DNA from: Macrostomum lignano
Lineage: Eukaryota
NCBI GenBank assembly: GCA_002269645.1
Contig: NIVC01000925.1
Span: 124,001-188,000 of the forward strand
Reading direction: 5' to 3'
Length of the DNA: 64,000 nucleotides
Positions 33,371 to 47,039 of the stretch are shown here, in pieces (the stretch's first letter is position 1; every line of letters starts with the position of its first letter). Made by a program: the position numbers and the translations under genes. The notes below the pieces were generated by a model. The model did no database searches. It saw nothing but the letters and a program-made list of their open reading frames with translations, and was not told where the DNA came from.

Positions 33371-33632
33371 GGTTGCCTAGTAGCCTAGTTGTAAGCCCAT
33401 CAGACTTGAAACTTGAAGGCTGGGGTTCGATTCCCAATCCCACTGGAACAATTTGTGTCTTTAGGCTTGAGCTAAACACTTCATTTTGCAATTGCTTCAG
33501 TTCACCCCCAAACCCCCAGTCCTTGGACTGAACAGCCATATGCAGCCTTCAGATACAATGCACAATAGCTGCAGCTCAGCTGTCAGTTGTACATCTACTT
33601 ATTAGGACAGGGTAATCTATTATTATTATTAT
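33371..33632 (+). mobile_element. tRNA-derived SINE, older copy
   Basis: Degenerate A-box and B-box ggttcgattcc (33424-33434). Shares cccactggaacaatt, ccagtccttggactga.cagcc.ta.gcagccttcagat and an (ATT)n tail with 53850-54117. Confidence 0.8.
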
Positions 33633-36600
33633 CACTTGTACCAATTACTAATTACCATTGTAAAATGGTTACAAACAAGATAAGGGTTATATAATTAGTA
33701 ACCTTTCTAGAGGCAACCTATAAGGCAAGTATCCATTTTTTAATATCTATTTGATCAATCTGGTTCATCAAATATTCTTCTTGTAATTCAAATGTTAAGC
33801 AAAATCAAATATTTATATTTATACCTACATTGATCAATATTTTTAACATTTATTGGTATACAATTACTCTTGAAGGAAGCTATAATAATTATAAGACCAA
33901 TGTAAGAGTAAGGCATAGTCTTTTTGGGCTTTAGAATTTTTTTGTGCTGCACAATTTTTGGGCTTCTTGAAGTTTATGTTGATAAAATAGTTGCAATTTT
34001 GATAGGATCATAATTCCATCTCTATAGGGGTTTTTGAAGGTGCTGATTTCAAATTTGAGCTCCATTTTTTGGTAGCTTTAACCCAATTATATGTAGCTTA
34101 AAGCCAACCACCAGAGCATGGGGAATAGGGGGTTTTAGGGTGGGGAGATTCTTTATGAGGATTGATTTTATCAACATAAACTTCAATAGAGGCATGGAGA
34201 CCTATTGAAGATTGTGTTGATTTATTCCAATCCTAATAAGTGGAGGGGGTTGTAGCTTTAGAAAAATGGGAAAATTGGAAGTATTTTATCAACATAAACT
34301 TTAAGAAGCCCCAATTTTTAATAGGCTTATAATTTATAAACTCAAATTCTTTAGTTTTTAGACTTAGCAAATTTAGCAAATTGAATTAAAAAAATATTTT
34401 TGCAGACTTAAAACTAAACAACATTTGCAAGCATATTAGGCCTAGCATAAGTATTTATTAAGCAATATCTACAATAAATTTAATTTTTTAAATTAATTTT
34501 GTTTATATTATTTTAAAGTAATAAAATTAAGCAAACCTAACATATAGTCTCAAATAAATAATATTATATAGCTTCCTTGGTCTTTTGCAAAGTCTCAGTA
34601 GGTTTCTGCCTTAGCTTTTCTAGTTCATGATTCTTAGGCCTAATTGATAGGCTTGATTTTTTTCAAAACATAGGCTAGGCCTACTTTATCTTTTTTTAGC
34701 TTTTCCCTAATCTACTTGCATAGTTTCTGAACTAGGCCTAAATTAATGTTTCTTGCAAGCTTTATTTTATTTTTGAGATTTGAAATAATTTTTTTCTAGC
34801 TTTTTTAATGTTTTATGCTTTTTTCTAGCTTTTTATCCTTTTATTAGCAATATACAAATAGACTAGGTCTTAAAGAAGTAGGCCTATTATATTTACCCTA
34901 TTATAACTCTACTGGAACTATAGCCATTGCCTCATTATATTATATAAAGGCATGGGCCTAGCAATATTTGTTAGGCCCCTATCAATGCCCCAATTATGCC
35001 AAATAGGGAGATAGGAATGTTAGCCTAGGCCTACTATTAGTGAGTGTTAGGCAATGTGTTAAAGTCCTAGGCCCTAACCTTCCATATATATGGGGGTCTA
35101 CTAAAAATTCTAGGGCTAAAAGGCCTAGGCCTATATTCTACAATAGGGCTAGGCCTAGGCTATCCTATGACTTTGCTTAGGCCTAGCCTAGCCTAGGGCC
35201 TACGGCCTACTAGGCCTACACACACACTAGACCTACACATAACAGAAAAAACATAGACATAGTAAGTAGGGGCTTGAGGCCTCTTCCTTCTTGCAGCTCT
35301 TGTCTTGGTCTTGGCTTAGGGCCTAAGAACTAAATAAGATTCGACCGAGTAGGCCTAATGAGCAATGCGAAGTCGAATTTTAATAGGCCTACAACAAAAC
35401 GAAGTACTTAGTCTTGAATAGTCTTAGCGCTGGCTTTTCAATTCAACTAGTTAGAACTCGAAGTGTTTGCCCCACAACAATTCTAGGGCCTATATGATTT
35501 TATAGGCCCTATTAGGCCTACGCCTAGGCCCATACAATTGTCTGCAGTCTTATATATACCTAGGTATGCAAATTATGAAAACTATACATAAGCAAGAAAT
35601 ACAAAATGCTATAGAGCTATTAGAGATTTTTAAGAGAATTAAGATACAACAACTGTACACTAACTTTTATTTGTAGTTAAACGGGAGTGCCTAGCCTAGC
35701 TAGCAAGCTTGGACTTAATCTAAGACTCATTTTTAATGGCTCTCACACTGGCTTCCTCCTAATAACACCGCGGTCCGCCATATTTGTTTTATATAAATAT
35801 TTAAACAAAACATAAGTAATATTTATTTTTAATTCAGTTATTGCAGCAAGTTTTTATTCTAAAGCAAGTGAATTTGTATTAAAAATGATTTCTACTGTTT
35901 TATTTTATTAACATATTTGTTAGTTTTGCGTCATCAAAAATATTCAACGTTGAAAAAATGCCATTATTATCCGTTTCGCAATGAATGTCAATGGCAATTG
36001 GTGATGTCGATAAAGACTAAAAGCATGGTCATATAGATCGATTGTTAGTTTTTATACCAATAACTGTGGCTCTACAGAAAATTCGTACTCGTGGATAAAA
36101 TAACTATAAAAGTCACATACATGAGCACGATTAGCATCAAGGACAACTGAAGTAGTAACGTAACGTACTATAACGTAATATAATATAATAATAGTAATAT
36201 AACGTAACTTCAGTTGTCCATGATTAGCATTCGCCCGAGTTTATCAAGCCATTTTTAGATCGGCGAGAAAGCAAAGTTTCAGTTGTTCCTGTGTGTTGTA
36301 GGCCCTTTTAACTCCCCTTAAAATCCCATCGCTGTATCAAGTTGTTGTAGGCGTTAACTTATTTCCCAACAGTGATGCACCAAGCTGTACTAGGGGTGGT
36401 GCTTACTGTGATAGTAGCTCTGTCTGCCTAAAATCTATCGCACTCTAAATGCCATGCACCAAGTTGTTACGGCGCTCTTTCTTACTGCTAATAGTTACTA
36501 AACCAATTACTTAACTTACTAAACCATGCACTTGCCACTTATAATTTACCACGGTAGCTTCGATCAGTGTGCTTGCGCGGCAAAGCTCTTAACTACTAAT

Positions 36601-37147
36601 TACAAATTCCAAAACGAAGTTACCACTGATCGAGAGGTTTCCGGCTTCCTACGGACTTTAGTAACTGTCTAAACAACACGTCTTTTTACATCTTGTATCC
36701 CCTCCCTTTTACCTGGTACTGCATGGGCAATCCGCCCTTCTTACTTTGCAGCACGCGTTTTACTCAATATAAGCACTTTTTTAATTACTTCACAGACGCT
36801 TTGAAAGCCTTATTTTCTACCCAAAACGGTTTTAACGGTTTTAACTTTGCTCTCACTGCTCTAAATACTGCTTTGAACTCCTCAATTGGCAAGCACTAGT
36901 TGCTTCATAACTAAGAAAGCCTGTTTTGTTTCGAATGTGAACCAATTTTAAACGACTTAACGAAGCTTTCCTTCCTTGCCCTTGATGCAGAAATTATCGG
37001 GCTAAAACAGATTATTTGGTAAAACAAATAGCCCGTCGACTAATGCTGTTAAGCTGTCTGTATTCTGGTTAAAAAACTGCAAATCGGCTCCGAGCCAATT
37101 GTCGAGCAAAAAAGCAATTTCTGCTTTTAACCTGTACATTTAGCAAC

Positions 37148-37197
<50 letters not shown>

Positions 37198-37374
37198 TGT
37201 TTCTCCCTCCTTGTTTGTACTCTCTTTTGGTCTTCCCCTCCGACTCCTACTCGACAGTCTTCTGTATCTCACTGTCTCCATTTTGTAATTTGGTTATGCA
37301 TCTCTATCAGCGCGTTTTCAACTTACATGTACAAATAAACTATTTTTTAGCCCAACTCAACTCAGTTCTTGGCC

Positions 37375-37790
37375 AGCTTGACCCACTCCTGCAGTCCTCA
37401 CTATAGCTTGACCCACTCAGCCCTGACTGCAGCTTGACCGATTCAGCGCTGACTGCAGCTTGACCCACTCAGCCCTGACTATATCGCTACTCAGCCCTGA
37501 CTACAGTTTGACCCAGTCAGCCCCCTGACTGGAGCTTGACCCAGTCAGACCTGACTATAGCTTGACCCACTCAGCCTTGCAACAGCTTGACCCACTCAGC
37601 CGTAAATTTAGCTTGACCCATGCCAGTCAGCCCTGACTACAGCTTGACCCACTCAGCCCTGACTATATAGCTTGACCCAGTCAGCCCTGACTACGGCTTG
37701 AACCACTCAGCCCGACTACAGCTTGACCCACTCAGCCCTGACTATATAGCTTGACCCAGTCAGCCCTGACTACAGCTTGACCCACTCAGG
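37375..37790. repeat. ~26-bp minisatellite
   Basis: Unit cagcttgacccactcagccctgacta. Confidence 0.92.
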
Positions 37791-38490
37791 AACTGCACTA
37801 GCGCGTCTTGCATTGTCACTTTTCCGCCCTGACAACTTGGATGCTGACCATCACAGGCATCAGAGTCCTGTTGAGTCTCTCGGTCTGGACGTTGGGGCTC
37901 AGACGGTTACGGTCTTCATGTGCAATTCTCGCATAGGCCACAGCGCGCGAACAAGGCAGCGTAGCACCTTGCAGACCGTCAGTGGTGAGAAGCTTTCGAA
38001 GTTACGAAGACATCCGACCACTTGCTGTGCAGATCCGTGATGACCAGTAGGAAAAGTGGAAGCTGACGTCGGATCATGGCAGATCAGGCAGCGAAGACGG
38101 TCGAAGCTTGAAATTGTTTCTCAGCAGTGATCTCACAGCAGCCACCGCAGTCCCGGACGAACATCTCGACGTCAAGGACTACCAGACTACGTAGTGTTCC
38201 TAGTGGTCCTTGCTCGAAGTCAACGTCCATTCGTTGTCCACCAAGTGAATTAATTCACGTAGTTGCAGCTTGGTTTCGCCCCTCGCCCCTAATGCGCCAT
38301 CTCTTGAGGCTCGCGCCGCGCACTTAACTGTGTGGGGATGACGGCACGGACTTGGGAAGGCCAGACAGGATCGAAACTTCTTGCCAGACGATGAGATGTG
38401 CACCGAACTTTAAGTACGTGGTTGCAATTCGGTGTCCTTAGTCGAATTCCAGTTGCCAGTGGTGACTGATCGCTGCTCCAGGTCAACGCG
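37790..38490 (-). mobile_element. Decayed Ty3/gypsy integrase fragment
   Basis: Frameshifted pieces RAVIP...MAH, TKLQLRE, LDVEMFVRDCGGC (H2C2 zinc domain), FLLVITDLHSKW, LFARCGL, TERLNRTL. Confidence 0.75.
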
Positions 38491-38499
38491 TACTGTCAC

Positions 38500-38680
38500 A
38501 AGCACTGTATATAGCACTGTATATAGTACTGTATATAGCACTGTATATAGTACTGTATAATAGCACTGTATATAGCACGTACTGTATATAGCACTGTATA
38601 TATAGCACTGTATATAGCACTGTATATAGCACTATGTCAGCAGTATAGCACTATAGCACTGTTGTATATAGCACTATACA
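38500..38680. repeat. ~12-bp repeat (TATAGCACTGTA)n
   Basis: Directly visible. Confidence 0.92.
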
Positions 38681-38689
38681 ACTGCGCAC

Positions 38690-39085
38690 AGGGCTACTCC
38701 GTGCGGCCTTAATTCGAGCTTCGGGACCGAGGCCCTGTACGATCGGGCCAAGCTGCAGCGCCCGTCCACCATCGTGCGCCGGCGGCGACTTTAACTGGCG
38801 GGCCACGTGATTCGGGCCGAGGGCTATACTGCCCCCAACCTGTTCAGGACGTCCTGCTGCTCACCTTGCAGGGTCCGTTCAGGCGGGGTCGTCAGGCCCG
38901 AACCCGTCGATACGTGGACTGCCTGCTACGTGCGACGCTGGGGCGCCCGACACTGCCAACGGATCGAGAGCGGACTTTGTTCCCTCCCAGGCTCTGCGGC
39001 CCGCCATCTGACGCGCCCTGCTCGAACTGTAACCTTTTGCTTGCAGGGCCGCGTATTTAATTGTTGTTGTTGTTGTTGTTGTTAT
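38690..39085 (+). mobile_element. RTE-type LINE 3' end with (TTG)n tail
   Basis: EALYDRAKLQRPSTIVRRRRL*LAGHVIRAE...LQGPFRRGRQARTRRYVDCLL, followed by ttgttgttg tail at ~39061-39083. Confidence 0.75.
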
Positions 39086-40619
39086 ACCACGTACAGTGGT
39101 CCTTGCACTTTCAACTGAACGCATATATAGGTTCATAATAGCTTAATTTGATCTTTAGCTATAGCATAGTATCTATAGTATTCTATTGAAAAAAATCGGT
39201 TCAGGAATTCAGGCTGTAGACTGAAATACCGGTCAGACAGACAAACCTTAGAGATTTAGTATATTGTGATAAGTATCCAAATCTTGAAATCTAAGCGGCA
39301 TTATTACATTCATCCCATTACCTACCCCTACTTGATATTCAGAGGAGTCTGTAAAGCGATAAGAGAGAAGAGAAAATGAGATTGCGAGAGGAAAAAGAGC
39401 TAGGAGAGAGGAGACAGAAGAGAAGAGTTGAAGAGAGACCGAAAGAGGAGATGAGAGAAGTTTAAATGGCCTTAAATCTTAATTTAACAAAAGTTTACTT
39501 AATTTACGCAATTTTTACCTCCATCCATGAGATTATCAAAACAACAGGTTTTTGTTCGAGTTCGAGTATGGCTTCAGATTTAAGGATGTATTCCGCAGGA
39601 TCATTTGGAACGGCAGTCAGTGAGTTCAAAATCCACAGGGTTTTAACAAAGCATTGTTTTGGAAAGCAGATAACGATAAGGTGACGCAATGGTAATCTGT
39701 ACTACTACAAATTTGAATTGCGTAACCCGTCTCTAGTATGTATTATTTAATAAAAAGATGTAGGTCTAATTTATATTAATTAGTAGGAGAAAAAGCCATA
39801 GTCTGCATAGGTATCACAGCCTGCACTAGCAAAGCAAAAAAGCCATGATTGCAAAGGTCTGTGCTGTGCCACCTAAACCCAAACCCAAAGCAGTTTTAAA
39901 CCCAAACCCAAAGCAGTTTTTTTATTTAATATTTTGAACCAAAAAGTGTATTTCAAAAGAAAATAAATTATATTTAAAATTAGGCCTAATAATTAAAAAA
40001 TTGAATAGCTAGGCCTATATTAAAATTAACAATTAGGGCCTAGGCCTATCATTGAAATAACAGGCAACAATAACAAATTTATCATTGGTGCTATACTGCT
40101 AAGTAGGCCAGTCTTATTGAACTAGACACTTTCTATGCAATCATAATGCTAGATTATGTCAATTATGCTAGAATTTTCTATGAAAAAGGTCTGAAAAAGG
40201 CCATTTTCATGACTTTATATGAAAAAAATAGGCCTAGTAAATAGTAAAGTAGACCTGATGTAAGTAATTTTATATTAAATTTGTTTAAAATATTCTCTTA
40301 TAAGTAACTTAAATTTTTTAAAAACAAATGGTTAGTAGTTTATGATGCCTTTGTGTTGTGAATAAGGCCCAAGGGCAGATTTAAGCTATAGGGCAGCTAT
40401 TTTTTTCCAAAAAAGCTTGATGGAACATGTTTTATCCTTACCAAAAAACAAAGTTTGCATCCTTTAAATTTGATTTTTCAACCTTTATATGCATCTTTTG
40501 TACTTCTAAGCCCTATTGCAGCGCATGGCTTAAGTACGCCAGACGCCTACACAACCTGCGCCATACTGTGAAATGACTTACCTGTGAAAGAAACCCTAAA
40601 GCAAAATTAACGCAGTTTT

Positions 40620-40646
40620 GGGTAAACGGCAGGAGTAACTATGACT
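40620..40646 (+). other. 27-nt fragment matching eukaryotic 28S rRNA helix 68/69 region
   Basis: gggtaaacggcaggagtaactatgact vs conserved GGGTAAACGGCGGGAGTAACTATGACT(CTCTTAAGG): 26/27 identity. No other rDNA nearby. Confidence 0.8.
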
Positions 40647-41929
40647 GCTACTATGTGACTCTGTCATAGCACTTTAACCTTGTCCTTTGTATATCCCCCT
40701 CCATAGGAAATTCCTAGCTATGCCCCTGATGCTATCCCTAAGTTAAAATTAAAAGAAATATGTCACATTTTTGGTCAAAAAGTAAATGGCATAGCCAGTA
40801 TAAATCATATCCTCAACTTTCATAAAATGTTAGGCATAAAAATGTTTTAAAACTTCAAAATACTATTGCAAAGCTATCTTTTCTATAATAGATAGACTAC
40901 TAATACTATACTCTAGATCATATAGTATGTGTCCAAAAATTTGGGTGTATATTGGCCTTGCATGCCTAAAGTTAGGCATACGCAGTTGGTATACATGACT
41001 CTTAAGAAAATAATGACTATGCATACCTAGCATGCACTTCATAGAATCATGCGGAAGAATTATTGGTAAATAGAAAAAAGACTGAAATATTCATATTAAA
41101 GTGTAAATTTCAAACTTAACAGCTTTTAAGCTTGTTAATAATGTATTAAAACAATGTTTATACATATCATTTTTTGCTATAAATACTATAGACAAGAAAG
41201 AAAAAATCAACCACATTATTAGCCAAAAACTGTCCTTTATGCAACACAAAAAGGTTATTTGCTGTTGCAATTCAAAAAGGTCATTGATTGTCGCAACATC
41301 AGCCTACATTTAAGAATGCAAGTGTGTATTCCAATTTTTTGGGTGTGCATTTGCACTTTTCAATTTTTGTTTGGGTATGCATCTAGCATGATCTGTATAG
41401 AATATTAGTATTTCCCTTGGCTTTTATTACTCAAATCTGGCTATTTATCTTACTAACAAAAATTAAATTTATCACTATTCACTAATATCTAAAATATAAA
41501 CATTTATTAAAGTTTATGGGAGAACAACAAAGTAAGGCTAAGGGGAGGAAGTAGCGGACTTTGCCTCAGCCATCGTTGCATGCATCCAATCTTGGGGCAG
41601 CGGGATCATCCACGGCAGTTATTGGCAGTGACAAGTACAGCATGTAAGCGCAAATCCTGAGACGGCCACATGCAGTAGGTCCACGTTCTGGACTCAGCCA
41701 AAAGTGAACTGACATGTGGCCTGCGTATTGCCTCGAAACGTATCTACATGTCCGTCACAAGTTCGATGAAGTTATTATATTGGGGCTTCAGTGTGCAACC
41801 AAAGTGGGGCGAGCCCATTTTGGCAGAGTATCATTTTCTGGCCAAAAAACATCTGCAGGTCACATGCACAAAAAGCTGGCCACAACTGAGTAGAGCCATA
41901 TTGCGTCTGTCACTAGAGAACTGGTGTTA

Positions 41930-42530
41930 TTGCTAGGAGTGTTGACAACTACCTCCATGATAGGTTTAACTTAGAACCTCCTGATTGAATAATGCAATGC
42001 ATCTTTTGTATTGGCTGGGTATGGCCGGCAGCCTCACAGTGATGCACTAGGAGTGATGCGCGCCTTTCCTCTCTCCAGTCATTGCTGGGGCACCATCGGT
42101 CGTCACACACACAAGGCGAGAAAGATCAAGTGAGTGCTGCTCAACACACTGAAGCACAGCATCAAAGATGTCCTTGCCAGTGGTGGTGCCATGCAGTGGG
42201 ACAAGCTGCAGAAACTCCTCGTGAATCTTGAGGTCAAAAGTGACTCCTCAGATAAAAATGGCCAGCTGGGCTGTATCTTTCATGTCAGTGCTCTCGTCAA
42301 GAGCTAGGGAGAAGGCAACTAGATCAGAGCAGCAGGTCTTCAGCAAGTCGTGCACATTGTCCGACATCTCCTCAATGCGCCGTCGAACAGTACGGGATGA
42401 GAGGCTCACGCTCTCAAAAGCAGAACGCTGTTCTGGACAGACAGAGTTCACCACAGTCACAAGGCACTCCTTGATGAAGTCCCATCCGAGAAAGGCTTCA
42501 TCCGGCAAGCTAGTAGATGGGAGACCTCGT
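41930..42530 (-). mobile_element. hAT transposase fragment (GTF2IRD2/SPIN-like), decayed
   Basis: FIKECL...SVSLSSRTVRRRIEEMS...FSLALDESTD..DTAQLAIFI*GV...EEFLQLVPLHGTTTGKDIF...VTTDGAPAM...HCII, with stop codons and frameshifts. Confidence 0.9.
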
Positions 42531-42579
42531 AGCTTGCACGAGTCACCTTGTCGGCCTCAGTGCCCGGCTTCAGGGTCAA

Positions 42580-43535
<956 letters not shown>

Positions 43536-43546
43536 GTCGCAAACAG

Positions 43547-46500
43547 GTTGTGGACTCCCGCAAAGGCACCGGGCCGAAGCACATGAAGCAGATTTGCAAG
43601 CGGAATCGTCGCCGTGAATTGCGCGAAGCCGCCGCCAAAGCCATCTCGGCAAATAAGCAGCTCGCCATGGGCTGCGACGGAGTAGACAGCGGCGGCGTCA
43701 ACGCAGGATCGTCATCGTCATCTGCCTCCTGCGGTGGCGCTGCGGGGAGCGGACTTGCTGGAATCGGCTCCAAGGCTTCCGCTATCACCGGAAGTGACTG
43801 CTTCCCAAGCGGAAGCGGCTTGTCCGGAAATTTTGCCGGCTCAGGCGCCGTCTCCGGCGTCTGCTCCGATGGTGTCGGTGGCGACAAATCATTGTCGGCT
43901 TCCGGGGTGGCTAGCGGTAGCGGCGCTGCCATTACTTCAACGCCTTCGGGTAAGAGTTTTAAAATATGAATTCAGATATATTAATATAGGCAGTTAAATG
44001 AAAGCTTAAAATGAACAGGATGAAATTCTGTTTAATGTGTAATACAGGTGTGAGATTCTAGCTGGCGAAAGTGAAATTCTCGAGTTAAGATTCTTGGTTG
44101 AGATTCTGAGATTGTGACATTGTCAAGTGTAGGGCTTCAATGTGGTAACTCGTGAGGTTTTAGGATAAGATTTGAAGTTAAACCCTTTCTGGTCTGAATG
44201 GTGAGATTCTAGTTGATCAGATTCTAGGTGGTGAGATTTGAGATATTGAGATTTTAGATGATGAAATTTGAGATAGTGAGATTCTTGGTGGTGGGCTTTG
44301 AGATAGTGAGATTCTAGGTGATGAGATTTGAGATAGGGAGATTCTAGGTGGTGAGCTTTGAGATAGTGAGATTCTAGGTGATGAGCTTTGGCTGCTTTGA
44401 GATAGTGAGATTCTTGGTGATGAGCTTTGAGATAGGGAGATTCTAGGTGATGAGATTTGAGATAGTGAGATTCTAGCTGTGGTGAGCTTTGAGATAGTCA
44501 GATTCTAGGTTATGAGCTTTGAGATAGTGAGATTCTAGGTGATGAGCTTTGAGATAGTGAGATTCTAGGTTATGAGCTTTGAGATAGTGAGATTCTAGGT
44601 GGTGAGGTTTGAGCTAGTGAGTCTTGGATTCTTGAGTACACTCTATATGATATTTGGCAATTTAAAAGCCTCAACTTTATGGCTTGATATTAATACGCAT
44701 TTATGTACGCGTATATACTCACTACATTGTCTATAATCTTAGCGCTAGATCTGGAGCGGGTCCAACAACTGTGTTTGCATTGTGGCCAGCTCAGTGTATA
44801 ATATTATAGTGTAGTATATATATTTATTGATTTTTTTACTTGACCGCGTGCAGTCGTAGGAAAGATTTTCTACTGTGCTCCCATATTATATAGATTTCCT
44901 CCAGTCCACAAAAAGGAGTCCAAATATTCGTTTCTCTGCCTGTGGTTGGCTTTTTTGCCCGTCCCCAAACTATCAAATTTGTCTGTTCAGGTTAGGGATT
45001 AGGAATTTGGGTTTTTCAATGTTTAGGTTGGTGTTTAGAAGTTAGTGTTTAGGTTAGGGTTGAGGAATTATGGTTTAGGAATCAGGGTTTAGGTTAGAGT
45101 TTAGGTTAAGGTTTAGATATTAAGGTTTAGGTTGGGGTTTAGGTTATGGTTTAGAAATTAAGGTTTAGGTTAGTTAATGTTGTGTTCAGCGGTCAATTTT
45201 TTGCTGTAATTGTGCAACAGTCAATTGTTGGCTTTGCCTAGAGTCCAGTATTAAAAATCAGACTCCTATTTGGCATCGAAAAGTTAAAATTCAAAATACA
45301 TAAACTCCTAGTCATAATTTTTTTCTGCTAAAAATGGACGCTTGTTAAAATCGGTTAAGTCAAACCTTTTCAATTGATCTCAAGCTCCTGTTATGTAGTA
45401 TTTCAATTTCAATGAGATCTTTTGTTTTTTCAACACACAGATTAAAAATCAGACTTCCTATTTGGCATCGAAAAGTTAAAATTCAAAATACATAAACTCC
45501 TAGTCATAATTTTTTTCTGCTAAAAATGGACGCTTGTTAAAATCGGTTAAGTCAAACCTTTTCAATGATCTCAAGCTCCTGTTATGTAGTATTTCAATTT
45601 CAATGAGATCTTTTGTTTTTGTCAACACACAGATTTTTGTCTTAATTCCTACCAGATTTCTAGCATTTAATCGTCTCAAATACGCCCACATAATCTTTCA
45701 TTATCAACTGCTTCTTCTGTTCACCTCTCAAATCTTTCATCATCCCTTAGTCCTCAATAATCCTGTAATTCACACTTCAAGTAGTATTTCATCCTCTCCT
45801 AAATCCCCAATTAATCCGTTTCTCAAATCTTCCTCAAATCTAAAAAACCGACCCTAAACTCCTCCCCAATCCGCCCCTAAAATCCTCCCCAATCCGCTTC
45901 TCTAATCCTCCTAAATCCGCCCTCTAATCCTCTCGCAGTCCACCCATCTAATTCCCTCCATCCGCCCCTAAAATCCTTCCTAATCCGCCCTCTAATCCTC
46001 CCGAATCCGCCCCTCAAATACTCTCCAATCCGCCCCTCAAATCCTCTCCAATCCGCCCCTCAAATCCTCTCCAATCCGCCCCTCAAATCCTCTCCAATCC
46101 GCCCCTAAAATCCTCGGATAAGTTGGTCCGTAATTTTCTATATTATTCGTCAATCCACAGGTAAAACCTGATCATCAATTTTAGTTTCTGAAAACCACTT
46201 TAAAATCCGCCCCTCAAATCCTCTCCAATCCGCCCCTCAAATCCTCTCCAATCCGCCCCTCAAATCCTCTCCAATCCGCCCCTCAAATCCTCTCCAATCC
46301 GCCCCTCAAATCCTCTCCAATCCCCGCTAAAATCCTCTCCAATCCGCCTCAAATCCTCTCCAATCCGCCCTCAAATCCTCTCCAATCCGCCCCTCAAATC
46401 CTCTCCAATCCGCCCCTAAAATCCTCGGATAAGTTGGTCCGTAATTTTCTATATTATTCGTCAATCCACAGGTAAAACCTGATCATCAATTTTAGTTTCT

Positions 46501-46927
46501 GAAAACCACTTTTTAATCCGCCCCTCTAATCCTCCAATCCGCCCCTCAAATCCTCTCCTCCCCGCCGCCAGCAGCGAGCGCCGCCGAGTTCCGCACGCCG
46601 ATGCCGCCAGCAAGCGAGCGGCGCCACTATTATAAAAAGCGCGTCATTATGCAGCCAATAAAAACGCCGGACACACGACAAGAGATTAGCGACTTATTCG
46701 ACATCGTGATTCGGTCTCGCAAGCTGAACCCGTCAGAAGGCCCGCTGTCGGTTCAGCAGGTGCACATCGGCATTTCTCAATACGAAGGCGACGCAGAATG
46801 CTGGCCGCCAGCAGCGGCTCCGAGACCGCATCGGTTGGCAGCACGGAGCCGCCGGAGTCCTTTACTAGCGACAGCTGCAGCTCGGACACGCCCAGGAGTG
46901 GCCGGCTCGTCCGGTCAGCGACTATAG
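43547..46927 (+). CDS. Two probable in-phase exons of an unidentified gene (basic motif plus Gly/Ser-rich low complexity)
   Basis: Exon 43547..43949 (aaacag| ... |gtaaga, phase 0 to 1; VVDSRKGTGPKHMKQICKRNRRRELREAAAK...) joins in frame to 46572..46927 (ccag|). GC-rich islands in repeat DNA. Upstream exons were not found. Confidence 0.5.
44040..44625. repeat. ~30-bp minisatellite
   Basis: Unit gagattctaggtggtgagctttgagatagt. Confidence 0.92.
44988..45175 (+). repeat. Degenerate telomere-like (TTAGGG/TTTAGG) tract
   Basis: gttagggattagg...tttaggttagggttgagg...ttaggttagagtttaggttaagg. Confidence 0.7.
45250..45636. repeat. Direct tandem duplication of ~195 bp
   Basis: attaaaaatcagact..cctatttggcatcgaaaag...caacacacagatt occurs twice, near-identical. 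Confidence 0.92.
45850..46555. repeat. 23-bp minisatellite (AATCCGCCCCTCAAATCCTCTCC)n with a duplicated ~105-bp unique block
   Basis: Block ggataagttggtccg...gaaaaccactttt at ~46096 and ~46426. Confidence 0.92.
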
Positions 46928-47039
46928 CAGCTTGATGATCCGCGATTTGCTGTGTACTTTTATTATTTTTATTATCAACAGTAGTAGTAGTAAACGCTTG
47001 TGACGATACTTATTTGTTTGAACTATCAAACTAAGACTC

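Noticed and set aside
39110-39290. Helitron/HINE-like 3' fragment (aaatcggttcagg...cagacagacaaac)
   Set aside because: Resemblance only; no termini or hairpin confirmed.
45850-46555. CRISPR-like repeat/spacer pattern
   Set aside because: The 'spacers' are identical duplicated blocks, the context is eukaryotic and there are no cas genes.
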